Below, piece after piece: positions 39,801-54,800 of a stretch of DNA of 63,977 nucleotides. The stretch is from Pocillopora damicornis (Eukaryota): contig NW_020845264.1 of assembly GCF_003704095.1 (NCBI RefSeq), forward strand, positions 868,001-931,977. The letters run 5' to 3'. The notes under the pieces are model-generated. The model was not told where the DNA came from. It ran no database searches and worked only from the letters and a program-made list of their open reading frames with translations. The first letter of the stretch is position 1. The number at the start of each line of letters is the position of its first letter. The position numbers and the translations under genes were made by a program.

Positions 39801-42800
39801 GGCCTATACCTTAAGCAATACATTCTGCTGTGGTTTGAGGAAGCCATGATCAGGTTCTATCATTACCACCTAAGATAAAATTCATTACAAGTTGAGATCA
39901 ACAGAACCAGAGACAAACTGAACCTCAACCACCTAAACATACAAGATAATGGTAAGTTGAGGAATTTCAATTCAGTGTCGATAGTAATCTGACATAACAT
40001 TGGTTTTGCTTTACTTCACTCTGTGATTGGTCCAGAAAAGTTGTGCCACCATCTCAACCAATCAGATACAAAACTAAAACCAATCACAACTTGGTTGCTC
40101 ACATTTCCCCATGCTTGTGACAGTTTGGTGGTTCTAATACTGTCTCATTGTTCTCATTCACTGTAAAGATATTTTCTTTCTCCTGATTGGCCACTGCAAT
40201 TACTTTGGGTCTAGATTTATGACAATTGAAAGGCGCTCTTTAAGAAATACAATTTTTATCAATTAGAAACTGATTGCTTTGTTTGTTTAGTACCTGGTCT
40301 AAAGCTGATACCCATCTGAAGGATATGATATGGTCCTGTGATGTGTTTGTTAGAAAAAACATGCGACGAGACATGGTGTAAAGAGGAACATCACCAAATG
40401 GAATGCACTCTACTGACAAATAGGCCAGCTGAAAAAACACAAGTCAAAGTCATTAAATATGATAATACACCTCAATTAATACATAAAAAGTTCATAACTT
40501 CATTTTTACCACTTTTGACTTTAAATTCTTGTTAACTCTGAAAGGCTGAAGTCAGAGTGAATCATCAGACATTGAAAGCCAATCAAAGAACCAGCATGTC
40601 AAGTAATGATGTCTTTTGATTGACTTGAGACCAATTATGGCTTAAAGCTTGAGGCATAGTACTAGCTGTGGCAAAGACAGTTAAGAATTAACAAGAGGAT
40701 GGCCTGTAATTTGGTGTTGGCAGTAGCAACACCTTAGCTGAGGTGATACCAACCTGTTTAGGCACCTGGACAACCTGCTTGTCAGGGACTGTGTTACTGG
40801 CAACATCCCTGATAGGAAGAGTCTCTCCCATGATACGTTGGTCATATCCCACTCCAGTGAATGTTACCAGAACTGTCTCACCACCAATAATACGCACTGG
40901 TATATCAACCTACATGTTAAAGACACACCATTTAATAAGTAAGTGATGGACCAGAGAATCTAAGATTAAAAAATTTTATAAACTTAACTTAAACTTATTA
41001 GGAAGAGCTTTAAAGCACAAACATTTCTTAGAAAAAATTTTAGGTCTTGGGAAACTCAAGCCAGTGAGTGGTCTGTAAGGGTCTAGCACTGATAATTAGT
41101 ACCAGACCCCAGTGCTCAAACCTTCTCCCTGCCTCCAGTCACTGGTCCAAAATCTTCCTCCAGGGAGAGAAATGCTTGTCTTGAAGGGGTAATCAGAATC
41201 TACACACAGGCTACCATGAATGACAACTTACCATGTATGTCCTGGCCTCCAATGGAGCAAACTGCCAGTAAATCAGAGCAGCACACCCTGGGGGAATCTC
41301 CCCTGATGGATTCAGACATTCAAAGATGCGGCAGCCATAGTTTTGCTTTAAACAAATGAAACATGAAGTCATTAAAAGTTAAAAAAATGTTGGCAACATA
41401 CCAGAGACTTGATTGGCCGAAATGGATGTCATAAAAAAGAGCCCAGGGTGGGTACCTAGGTCAATTTTTGTTGGGTATGTGCCACTGGCCTCTTAGAACC
41501 CCAAGCTACCCCATTATAGTTTATTCTCTGGCTAATTATAGACTCCATCTTAGTCAGTTTTGGACAAAACATTTTTTCAATCCCAACTTAGTCACTTTCT
41601 GTTTGTGCATCTACTTTATCAAGCCTTTTAAGTTGTTTTTAATGTACCATTTTTAAATGCCTATTTACTTGAATTTTCTTAGCCTAAAAATCCAGAAAAT
41701 GTGTGACCCCACTCAAGTAACTATATTTAAATGGCAACCCCATTAGTCAATTGAGCTGAGGAAGTTTGATCTCATCCAGTGGCACATCTCCATAAGCCTA
41801 TTATCAGCAGCACATCTCCATAAGCCTATTATTAGGAAGTAACCCCCTCTTCCCTGGGAAAAAGGTCTCAGTGAAAGGAGCACAGTGATCATAGTGATAA
41901 AGTAATACTAATACTAGTAATACTAGTAATATTGTTGTCAAACAAAAAACTTAGGATCCTTGTGTCTGGCTTTTTTTTGATAATAAATAAATGTAATAAG
42001 TCAAGTAATGCATCCATAGTTTATTCTGTCAATATCTCAAAATCAAATGACGATAATGAATCCTGCTGAATTAACTGAATGCAAACATTAAGACTTACAG
42101 CCTGAACTTGTGCAAGAGGCTCCATATCCAGCTCATACTTTACAACTCTGGATCCTCCATTGTACAGTTCATAGACTTGTACTGGTGGTGATGTCCCTCC
42201 AACAGGGACTGGCTCAAAAAGGTGCCTTGTACTGGCAAAGTGAACATAGTAACTGTCAGGGTCCACAGTCACACCAATGAAGTTCAGCTGGGCAAGTAAG
42301 CAAATAAACAAAGTTATAAGACAAAATTATAGTGGACTGTGACAAATTAAATGAGATTTTTGTTTCAGATTTAGACTTATTTAAGTGAAACAAAGTTACT
42401 TCCATTTTTCAACTCTGCCTGACTTGAGGTGAATTTCTACTGAAATTTACACAAGGAGTATATTCATTTAATTTGTAGTAATATATATCATACCAGGATT
42501 TCTCTTCCTCTCATCACCTTGAACAAGACAGGAAGCTTGTTGGTGCCAATAAATGAGTGGCTGCAAGCGTGATGAAACCAAAGAATTGATAATCGGATTA
42601 AAGGAGAATCAGACATGTGTATGGCTCATGGGCCCATGGCTGTTTTATTTAATGATGATCAAAGTAAATATATGGGAAAGTTTTCCTGCATAAACAGTGA
42701 TGTAAATTGTGACACTGTGTTTTATAGATACCTGTATGTAAGAGTAACAGTGTGACACTCTCCAGCCAACAACTTTCCTCTTCTGGGTTCAATGCTGAAC

Positions 42801-45800
42801 AACTTATTATCCATGACCTGCATCTAAAGGAGTATACAATTCTTAACAAATGTTAAACACAATTAAAATTCCAAACTAAAGTATGTAAAACTCATGTCCA
42901 GGTTCCCAGTTTTTGTACTCTTGTCTGTACCTCGTGCAGTTCATCTTCATCATACTCTCCTGTTTCTGCCCAGTATTCTAACTCAAGCTGAAGATCACTT
43001 GGATACAAGAATGCCCTGCAAGGTAAAAAATTCTCTGTCATCAGTTCTTGGGGATTCAATACAACTTCTGATAGAAGTGACCTGATTTGACTTGGGGGAT
43101 TCATTGACATGATTAGCCATCAAATATATTAAGTCATGAAGTTTACTATAAAAGCTGTCTTACAACAGTTTAAGCAGTGCAGCCACATAACTGTATCTTT
43201 TATCATTTGATTTATATTTTATAAGCTGAATATAAACTGAATGCAAACTGCAAATTTAAGTCTGTAAATTAAAAGAATATCTTCATTTTCAAATTGAAGT
43301 AATTCATCAGAAATGACAATCTTGGTATTAACATGGATTGAAAAGGGTAACCTATCATTACCTACAGATAGAAACTGACCAATCACACTTGATTCTTATT
43401 GCCAGTATATATTATAACATCAAGGCTTAACTGACTTATCAGTTTATGTGAACTGGACTTATAACATGTGACTGCTGACAGCAACTCTCCTTTTGAATCT
43501 GATGACTTCTGCCTAGGTTGTCAAAATGTCAGTCATTACTACCAACAACAGTCCTTCTCAGGACTACTCTCACTTAGATGATCAGACTACATGATCACTT
43601 GGTATTATCAGGAGTTATAATTACCATTCAGCAGGAACTGTGCCTGTGTTTTGTAGGTTTAGATGCACCACACATGGATCTCCATTCAAAGGTGCAGCTC
43701 CAAAGTTTAAGTCCATAATCGCTCGTGTATTGACAGGGACTCTGCGCCTGGTACTGTGTAAATTTGGATCACTTCATCAGCATGATTTGTGATTGAGTTA
43801 ATTATTACTGACAGTCTGAGGTGTTACTTACCTGTGCCTTGTGAACTGTGTAAATTTGGATCACTTTATTTTAATATTCATCAGCATGATTTGTGATTGA
43901 GTTAATTATTACTGACAGTCTGAGGTGTTACTTACCTGTGCCTTGTGACTGCAGCATAAAGGAGTTCTGATGGAGACGGATCTGCCTCCAAACATTCATT
44001 GAGACTGCAAGTTAAAACAGTAAAGTTTTGACAAACACAGTAAAATGACACAACATTGATTCAAAATTAGTTTTGATAAGATATTATAAGTAATATTGTA
44101 TTTAATCTTATTTTTGTTGACAAATGCTCAATAACACCATCCCATTATACAAAAACAGAAGAGTTTTCAATTTCAATTATTCCCTGCTAATAAATTGACC
44201 GAAGAATTTTAGATAACTTGACTTGCTGCCTCAAGAGCATCAAAGACCTGACAAAGACATTTAAACATTAGAATCTTTAGAGGATCCTGAAGGAATCTCT
44301 ACAAGGTCTTCAAAGATCTCTTACCAGTGAGAAGACACTGAAGACTTCCTTAAGATTCTTGAGGAAATAATAAACACACTTCAAAGACCTTGCCAAGATC
44401 CTCACAAATATTTTTGTAAAGACCCTCACAAGGATCCTGCAAGGATCCTTCAAGATCTTCAAAGATTTCACTTGGGATAATTATGAATAACTATTTAAGT
44501 CTACCTGTCAAGTGATAGGAGATTCCATATCTGCACTTTGCTGTATGCTTTGCCACTCCCCAGACAACGTACATCAGTCACAGACAGAGTAGGATACACT
44601 CCCTGACACTGCAGTTCAGCTAGTTGTCTTTTGGGGCAAGTCATCAGAGGTTTTCCACCATCTGCCAGAGGAAAATCAACATTTGAATTGGATGTGTCTG
44701 CTGTTAACACTCAATTGCAAAAATGTTGACACCTAAAAAGAATTTTCAATAAACAAAGACACCCTACAGCTTTATGTGTCTACAAGGTAACTAACATATG
44801 TTGCAAATGGTGAAATATGGAGACTGTCCAAGCTTTCCTGAAAAGGAAGCTAGGAACATTGTGAAAAAAGATTTTACATGGATTGAATAATAAGAAAAGT
44901 AAATGAATGATTATGTGTCTGTGCAAACAATTCTCATGAAGCTAAGTCTCATTGTTCGTGGATCATGCTATTCAGGTGTCAATATTATTAGTAATCAAGA
45001 GTAAAATAAAATGACTAAAAAAGGAAATGTAAGGGTGTACCTGCCAAGTCAACAATATAATTTTGAGTGGGTCAGTGAAAAAAAAATTTTAACATACCAC
45101 AAATTGAGAGAAGTTCATAAAAGAGTTTGAACTTGTAGGAAACACGGCGTGAAGGATAGGCAGTTGCTGTTATTTTCTGGGAAGTTCTTGCTGGAATAAT
45201 CCCATTTTGATTGCTTATTTCCATTGCTGCAATACACAAGAGAACAGTTAAAAACACTTCCATCAAACCAAGTATACTTCTTTCCAGATATTTTTATGCA
45301 GTACCAGGTAAAATAACATAAAACTTAAAACAAAAAAACCGAAAAAAACTAGATATGACAAACTTACCCAATACATCTCTTGCAATCTGTTCATCATCAT
45401 AGGGTCCCAATATCTCCTGGTCAATAAGTAGGTTATAGTGGAGACTGCAGTCACTATTATTATGGATTGTTAGCTCTTGAGATGCAGAGCTTCCCACAAC
45501 AATGTCCCCAAAAGTCATAGCCTCCTCTAGACACTTTAAGATGAAAAGAATAAATTAATGCTCATATATATGTAGAAATAAATAAAAGGAATGATGCCAA
45601 TTGGAAAGACATCCAGTGGAAAATATATATGTTGACTTGGCCCTTTAACTCTGACACACAAGTGATTAACTGCTCCCTGTCATATCCACACATTATCCAA
45701 TGAAAGGGTAATAGAAGGGCTCAAAATTATCAGGTAAAAGTTGTTATCTTGATCTAGCACTAAACTCCTGTTAATTAATTGACAAATGTCTAGCCCCTAG

Positions 45801-48800
45801 AGGGGAGAATTAACAATCAGATCTTGGGAATTACAGGGTTAAATGCTTACCACAATTTCCCCAAGAGATCCTTCACCAATAACTCTCACTAGATAGGACT
45901 TATCTTCTTGTGCTCTAGAGGTAAAAGACAACCCAAGTCAACTACTTGGCTTTGAATAATTTTCTGCTTTAGACAACAGTTAAAATGATGAACTTCAAGA
46001 GTTCTCTCATTCTCTGCATGTAGCCCTGCTACATTCTCAGTAAAAACCAAAACTACTCCACAAAAAGGTTGCATTATAATTGAATTAGCTAATTGATTTA
46101 GAGAAACATTATGATGACCAAACGATGATCAGGTTCCAGCTGACATTTTATGAACTCCTTACTGTTGCTGGGATTCTGGTTGCAATCCTTTCACAGAGAG
46201 TTTTGTCTTGATCACATATTTTTCTTCTTCATGAGGTTTAAAGCTAAAAGTGTGAGCCTATGGGAAAAAAAGGAGTTGTTTACAACACATTGCTTATGAC
46301 AGCTTCACATTGAATTCTGCAAAAGATGATAAAACTGATAGAGGATAAGACATGTAGATAAGACCAAAATTGTTTTGTCTTACTAGTAACACTGTGATAA
46401 TTTACAGGGATCTTGGAAGACAATTACCAAAAAAAAAAAATCATTGCAACACACTGCTCATGCCCACCTGAGTTTCATTGGGTAGAATGACTCCATCAGA
46501 GGGATCAATGCTAAGACTTTTAAAATGAGGTCCAGGGATCTTCCATGAAAACCTGATAAGCAAAATTAGTCTTGTTGATGTTATAATCATATTATAATAA
46601 TGTAATTATCAATCTTATAAAAACACATTGCTGGACTCTCATTCTAAGAAAAAAGATAGATTTTATTTCTATTAATGAGAAAAAGGTGGGATTTAGTTTG
46701 ACATTTAAAAAGGTTAACATAATTGAACAAACCTCAGTGGAATCCTGGAGGTATTCTTTACTTCAAACAGCCTTGTTGATGCTGTACCCAAACAAGTTGG
46801 TTTGAAATAAACAGTTCCCTGTAAAACCCAAAAAAGTTACTGTCAGATGAAATAATCATGGAAAGTCACTAGACAGATTCAATCAGAAATCACCTGATTT
46901 TCAAACTTTTCACACTTACGAAAAACAACAAAGATACTTAAATTAAGATTTCATTCATAGCAGTAACTGATGTGTAAAATCTGATCAGTAAATCTCCTAT
47001 AGCCAAAAAAACAAGCTGCTTACAATGACTAAGCATAGAAATATGAACCCATGAAAATAAAGGATTAGTGGTTTAATAACAAATATAATTATATGAGTAT
47101 AACCTGATTATTGAGTTTTAGAGATGGAGTCTCTGCTGATCCAACAAGGTTGATTTCCTGTTTAAACAAAATTGTAAAGTACTCAGTATAAACTATCACA
47201 TATTATACATTACAAAATAAATGTGCTTGCCAAAAAAATTTGGATTTAATTTTATGAACAAAAATTCATATCTATAAGTATGATACAATGTGATGAAAAC
47301 TCATTTCACTTAATTTACAAAAAAAGTTAAAATAACCTGAGTAAACTTGTTTGCATCATTCAGCTTACAATTGACTGTGCACCTAAAGGCTTTTGCTTCT
47401 GTTGGTGCCATTTTGAAAATAATCAACTGGAAAAAAAAAGAGAGAAGGTTTGAAGTATTTAGAAAGTTAATCATCCATGGTCTAAATAAACAAGTTGACT
47501 GCAGATCATTAATGAATGATGGGGCAAGCTTCTAAAGAAACTGTCAGTGGTGCTGCATTGGTGAGGGGTGTTACAAGATTATTTGGTTTAACCAGATGAC
47601 AGAGTAGATAAACAATGTGAACTGGCCACCCAAAAGTGTTCCCAATACTGACATTTCAAGCCTAAGCCCTTCATCCGAACAAATCATTATTAACCATCAT
47701 TAAAACACAATTCTAACCTGATATTTATCAGTAAGCAATCCAGTTCTAGGTCTACATGTAAACTCTCTGAAAAAAGGAACCAGAAACACTTACAGTTAGC
47801 TCAGCATGAGAGATTTAAAACCAGAATTTATAATTAAGTTTGTTCAACTTTAATCACAATTATTAAATTATTATTATTATAAATACTACTAAAAGCTCTT
47901 AGGAGCTTCAGCCTTAAATTTATAGAACTTATTCTGCTCAATTTTCAATAAACAGGTTCACTTTCCCCTTTGATATAATTGTCAAATGCATATTTAAAAG
48001 GAAAAATCTATTGATCATTAATATTTGAATGTCATAAGCTGAGTATTTTGTTCACAACAGCCTGCAAATTAAACATAGGCCAGTTTGATTTGAGTACCAA
48101 ATACTAAACTACTTACTAACCTTGCTTGCTTGAGCCACACTGCGGAACATTGGCCCCCTGTTATTTTTGTACAGACTTTGCAATGCACTTGGTCCACACT
48201 GCCACAACCTCAGGCCAATATTCCACAGTAATAACCTCACACTTGGTTAGTAAAAAGTTATTTTTTAACTTATCATGTATTATTAGGGTTAATTTTTTTT
48301 AAAGGGTTGCACTTCTATTTGCCTTTTACAGACTGCTATAACTTTTTCCTCCTCTAGTTTCACCCACACTTGGTCTTTGACCTTTTGTGGAAAAGTAAAA
48401 GTAACATATTACAATTTATTTTGTCATTACCCTGATGGATCATCATCAAATGCAAAATGGATTGGATTCTGCCCATTGTTGCTCAACAGCAATGTTCTGT
48501 ATGACATGCCATCCACAGTGGTAGCTGGAAAGACCTAAACATTGGAAAAAAGGAACGAGTTACGAATCAAGTTTAGAAAGAAAAAGATAAAACAGCAACA
48601 TTCTAATAGGAGTAGGGTAGGGTAGAATCTTCCTCATTCACACCAGCAAAACATGCTTTGTTAAATCAGGTTGAACTGAACAAAAATAAGGAACAGAAAG
48701 CTGAAAAACTAAATTTTAAAGAGGGTTCAAGTAATCACTAACTTTAATTTCATTGTGCTAAATTTGAGGTCACCAAACATCAGTTTGAGCAGTTTAAATG

Positions 48801-51800
48801 GAGAAAACATTTGACGAAACAGCTTAAAAGCCATTAGCTTTAGTTTACATTCCCTTATTATCTCATACCAGCTGTTTTACATCCCACTGACTTCTGGGGA
48901 TAAATGTTTCAGTCCCCATTGCAAATGTGTGTCCTAAAAATAATTTAAAAAAAAAAACTTTTTTCAGTGAAACAAGGAACTCAGATTCATTGATGTTTCC
49001 TCAACGAAAATTCTAGAAATAACATTAAAACACATATATAAGAACTCATTAAAGTGTATGGCAACAAAAACAGAACTAAAGCACCATATCCTTGAATCTA
49101 ACCACAAACAGAGTTCAGTTCATTACTAATTACTAATTAAAGTTACGTTCAGCACAAACCTGTAGCACTGAGTGAAAGGCACCAGGGAGGGCACAAAGTG
49201 GTATCCTCAACCAGGCGATAATCTCTCATACTCTGTACCATGATAGAAATAACATGATATAAATTTCATCAAACTATCAGTGTGTGACACAATAAGATCA
49301 ATCTATCAAACATTGTCAAAAATGTACTTCAATGGATAAGCAAAAAATTATACTTAAAAAAAATTAATGACATCATCAGAACTCTTAATTAATGACAAAG
49401 AGTAAGATTTTCCACAGAAGAGTGTTCAATTGTGATGCCATGGGCATCACCATCTGGGGAGGGGTGGGGGGTAAAAGGGCATTCTCCTCCAGGAAATTGT
49501 GAAAAGAAATAGTTATTGCAGTAACTGTAACTAAGATGTGCATTCCTTCATTCTTAGCTATAAGTTCCACTGTTGAAAAGTGTTTAAAGCAAGCACAAAG
49601 GGAACAAAGAGTAAATTACATTTAAATGAAAATGAACTTCAAACAGCAGTTTGCTATCTTGAACTCAATATTTTAAATCAGAAGCCTTAAATGCATGAGA
49701 AATATGTTTGTTATGAGCTTGGAAAAGAAACAATCAAGTTAGGGTTCCTAACAAATTCACAAGCTCTTGTAACAGAACCTCACCTTATAAAATGCATAAC
49801 ACTCCAGGTCAGCACTAAAAAACTGATTGGCAGCATTCTTTAAAAAAAAAATACAGTCATAAATCACACTGTAAACAGAATCACAGTAATAGAAAAAGGA
49901 ACCATGTGAATGAAAAAGGCACTAACAATGATTATTGAAAGTATCAATAACTTACTGGTCTAAATGTCACTCGGAATGATGCAGTTTTTAAGGGGAGGAT
50001 GTCTGCTTCATCAGGGGAAACAGAAAATATCCCTTTTGTATCTATCAGACAGAAAGGAGCAAAAACATTAATTGAGTATAAATCACAATACCATTTGCAA
50101 TAATTATAATTGGTCTTAAACTAGAAATGGGCAAACAACAATTGTTAATGACCAACAAATTACAATTTAAATTAACCATAATTACCTTTCATCCACATGC
50201 ATGTGATTTTTCCCTTTGTGTGATTTGTGATGTTTACTGTCTGTAAGTAAAAATAGAAAAAAAAAGTGAAAACTTGAGCTCATAATCAAGGAAAATCAAA
50301 AAAGTGTTCTGAAACTATTTTACCTTCTGCTCCACAGCTTTAGGATCCAGCAGCTGCCCAAAGTCTGTGTGGTGAACATCTAAACTGACATGAGGAACAA
50401 TGGCAGTCTGCAAATCATGAACATAGTGATTACATTTTAGAATCAAGCTTCAAATAGTAAATTTAAATGGAAGAAAAACATGGACCTAAACAAACAAACT
50501 ACTTACAGTTTCTCCAACTGATGCATGACAAAAGAACTCTTCCATAGGTGAAAGTTCATGAACTGATGGCAGTAATTCTCTAGAGGAAGTATTATGCTAA
50601 AAAGAGAATACATTGAATGTTGTAATTAAACTACATCCTTTATTTCCTAAAGGCAAAACTCAAAATGAAAGGGATGATGTAATATTGTAATAATAAGCAG
50701 TATATGTTTTAGCTCTTTAATCCCTGAGAGTGACTGACTTCTTCGTTCTCCTTACAGTATTATCATTAAAGAAAATTTACAGGGCACGAGAATAATGGAA
50801 ATGATCACCAACCTAAGAAGCTCCTGATGGTCACATAAATTCTCTTTCTCATTACCACAGGAAATGTAAAAAAAACGGTGTGGAGAAAATGAAAACTTAT
50901 TTTAGGGTGTAAAGGGTTAATGTCACATCAACCTTAACTCTCAGGGTACCAACCTCCAGTGCCATTAGAGTTCCTTCTTCATCAAGTTGAAGTTTGTTTG
51001 TTCTCAGATCTTCATTAAGTTGCTATAAATAAATAAACAAATTATTCAGCTAGGTTATTTAATACATTAGATGTACGTTTAGATTTTGTTGAGGGCTGTT
51101 CTAGGGCAAAAGCATTTTGAAATAACTTAAATTCAAATAATTATACATCATGTTGATCAAAATTTATCTCTAGATCTCTTTTAGCAGGAACACCACCACT
51201 TACCTCCGGTGAGATTTTTGAGAATCCACGTCTAACATGGATGTGATACCTGTCCAGATGTTTCTTCTGCAAAACAGCTGATAAACAGATCAATTTATGG
51301 TAAGTCATTTTTCTTGTTTCATGTAGTAATTGTTCAGTATCCCCACCAGCCCAATTGTTCATTTTATTTAAATATGATAAAAAAATGTAAGACTGAGTTT
51401 CACGCTTATTTAAAAGTAAAATGCATAAACACTAACCCATTCACTCCCAAGATCTCATTAGTAATTCTCCTTAGTGTCAGTGCCATAAAAATACTCATGG
51501 AGTTAATTCTGAGAATTTGGTATTGGATCACCTAATAATCTCCTAATTGATATTGATATTGTTGGGAGAATTTCTATCTTGGTCACTTACGGGAGTTAAA
51601 GAATTTCTAAATTATAAACATAGACACTGAATGTACCTGGTTTAACTTGTTCTGTATGACAAGTTCCAAACAAATCAACATACAATGGATCCTGAAAAAA
51701 TCAGATGAACAAAACTTAATATAAACACTTTTCAAGATTACAGTTTAGACAAACAGAAAAATATTACCAGCCTAATACTAACACTGACCTGGTTTTGCAC

Positions 51801-54800
51801 TAGACAAGTTAGTCTCCTGTAGTAATTAATTGGATTTGTTGGAGAAAAGCGTAGAATTATGACTTGAGAACCCTTGCCAGGTAATAAACCACATGTTGTT
51901 TCCAGCTTGAAGACACTTTGATTGCAATCGATCATGAACTAAAACATACGTTACAACGATTATCATAGGTACAAATGAGTAACTTTTAAACTTAAGTTTT
52001 TCAGTTGATATCAAGTTATCTCTAATATTTCTTTTCCAAAAAACTGCCATTAAGAAGAATGGCACCTTTCTGAAAGGGGCACCTACAATTTATTTGTAAA
52101 TCCCTTCAGTGGACACTTTCGGGCAACAAAAACAGGAAAACATCTTACAAAAAACCTGAGCTGATTTATTTCTTCATTCTAAAAAAAGAAGCATCTGTTC
52201 AATGTAAAACATGACAGTTACCTTGAAAATTTTAGTGACCTGTATCTAGTAGCAATAATTACAAAATACTGTATGGATTTCAAAGGCTTTAGGGACTCAG
52301 TACATATTTTTTGCTCATAATTAAGTATGAAATTGGACTTGATACTTTTTCTCTAATCTTAATGTGATGCCATTCCTTTAATCATCAAAGTTGTCAATCT
52401 CCCAGATATCATACACCACACTAGCACCATTCAGTGCCCAAAGGAGCTGACCTTGCACAAGTAGAAAATAAAAATATTTCAGAAGGTCAAATAACCCTGT
52501 TTTTACAGAAAGCATCTGAGCAGTTACAAGTCTAATATTTACCTTTTGCAAATAATTGTTAAATATTAAGAGTTGTATTAATCTGAAAGTGTTTGATATC
52601 AATAATCCTTTAGAAGACAAAAATTTGCATATTACATTACCTGAAAAGCTGCAGGAACATCTGAATTGTTAACAACCTTGAAACTTTTAGCTGAAAACTT
52701 GCCAGATTCTACAACTCCCATATCAAGATAGTCACAGTCAAGAACAACTTCAGGCCCTAACAAACAGAATTAAATACAAAATACTGATTTGCACTGGAAA
52801 TTAATTGATTAGACGGCAAGGGTGGTTCATAATATAACGCTCATAGTTATTATAAGATTACAGCTGACCTAGAATGAGGGTCAGGGGAAAACTTGGGTAA
52901 ATTTTTGCTGGATATGTGCCACTGGTCCCTCAGAATTCCTGACCCATAAAAGTTGATTCTGTGGTAAACTAAAGATCCCATCTTAGTCACTTTTGGGCAA
53001 ACATAATTTTTACGATCCCAAGTTGAAGTCACTTTCAGTTCATGCATCTAAACACTGCACCCTAAAAAGGCCTTTTAAGTATATCATCCTAAAATAAATT
53101 ATAGTACCCCCCCTTTCATGCAGCGGACAATGTTAAAATTGACATGTCCCAGTATAAATTATTTCAATTAATCATTTTATATTTCCAAGTTCAACTTCAT
53201 GAACTGTCAGAGCCTGTAAAAGCACTAAACATATCACTACCTTTGCCTATTCCTGTGCATTTAATAACAGAACAATTGGTAGCTCCAAGAGCTATAACTT
53301 CCAGATAATCCACTGAGTGAAAACCAGGATTCTGTGGAGTAAATGACACCTGAAAAAGAATAGCGAGAAAGAAAAAATACATTTTACATAAAGATCACAT
53401 ACCTGTGAGCCGTTTGCAAGAGAAGTAATATACTCAAGTGAGGATACAAGAAGAATAGAGAGAAAAATCTTCAGTTAAAAATTACTGTTAGCAAAGAACA
53501 AAGCAATTGAGTCCTTACTGGGTAATATAAATGAGCACATTCACCTGCAACAAAAAATTACCTTAAGTTTGATGGTACTTTCTGCTGGGACAACACCATG
53601 ATAATGTGAACATGAGAACACCATGTCCATATTGAAGGTAGAAGACGGTTGTAACACTTGGTATGGTGCATTAACCTATAAATTAAATTGAAAAGCTCCA
53701 ATATAAAAAAATCAATAATAATATCCCTTGTATTTAAGGAACTGGTCAAGAAGAATAACTCTTACTGGAGAGAAGTTATGTAGCTCAATCCACTTGACAG
53801 CTGTTGTTTGAACAGGGACTTCACCAAAATTTAAATCTAATTCATCCTTGGTTGTGAACTCAGTAGAAGGAGTGTTCTTGGTCTGCCTGGATATGCTGGC
53901 TACAAGATGGGGAAATTTACCTGATGCGGGAGATGAAAAATAAGTTCAAAGGATGATAATGCAACCACTGATCAAGAAAACAATATGGCTTGGGGACATG
54001 CTGTGGCCTGATAGTTAGAATGCTGGACTACAGGTTGAGAGGTCTGGGTTCAAGACCTGGCTGGTTCACCATGTTATGCAATTGAGCAAAACACTTTACT
54101 CCCACCACGCTTATCTCCATTCAGGAGTATAAATGGATGCTGACAATCATCAGGGAGGTCTGATGAAATGCTGGGGAGTAACCTTGTGATGGACTAGCAT
54201 CACATCCAGGGAAGAGTAGTAATACTCCTAACTGCTTCATGTAAAGGAAGGTAGGATAGGCTTCTGCTGGGTGTGCCACTTGGCTCAAGTACAGACTTAC
54301 CTAACATAATATGCTAGAAATGTATGTTGATCAGTTTACCTATTCCTTCCAATCTGACATGCTTTGTAAAAGGAACTTTTTGCTCAGCACTATAAGAACA
54401 CACTGCAGTGCCTTCATAAACCAATGCTGCCTACAAAATAATGATCAGTAAAGGAATCAATACAAGATTCTGAGAGAGTTAGGGCATTGGAATCATTCAA
54501 AACTCCACATTGTAATCACCCAATACCCAATAATCAATGCGCACCATAGACATCTTGAAACATATACCTTTGGGCTAAATGTCGCTTTGATATTGCATGA
54601 TGTTTGTGGTGACAGAGTACCACTTTCAGGAACAATTGAAAATGGCTCCAACACTTTCCAATGGAAATTTGTTACCAGTTCACTGAAAAACAGGCAAAGA
54701 GAAAGTACAGTTGCTTGTCATCAATAATATTCCATAAAACAGAGAAGTAGCTAAAAATTTTGTTTACATAGAAATATATATACACAACAGGTTAGTACTA

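Noticed and set aside
53995-54070. tRNA genes at about 54000 and 61245
   Set aside because: They have A/B boxes but no intact cloverleaf, and they continue into SINE bodies.
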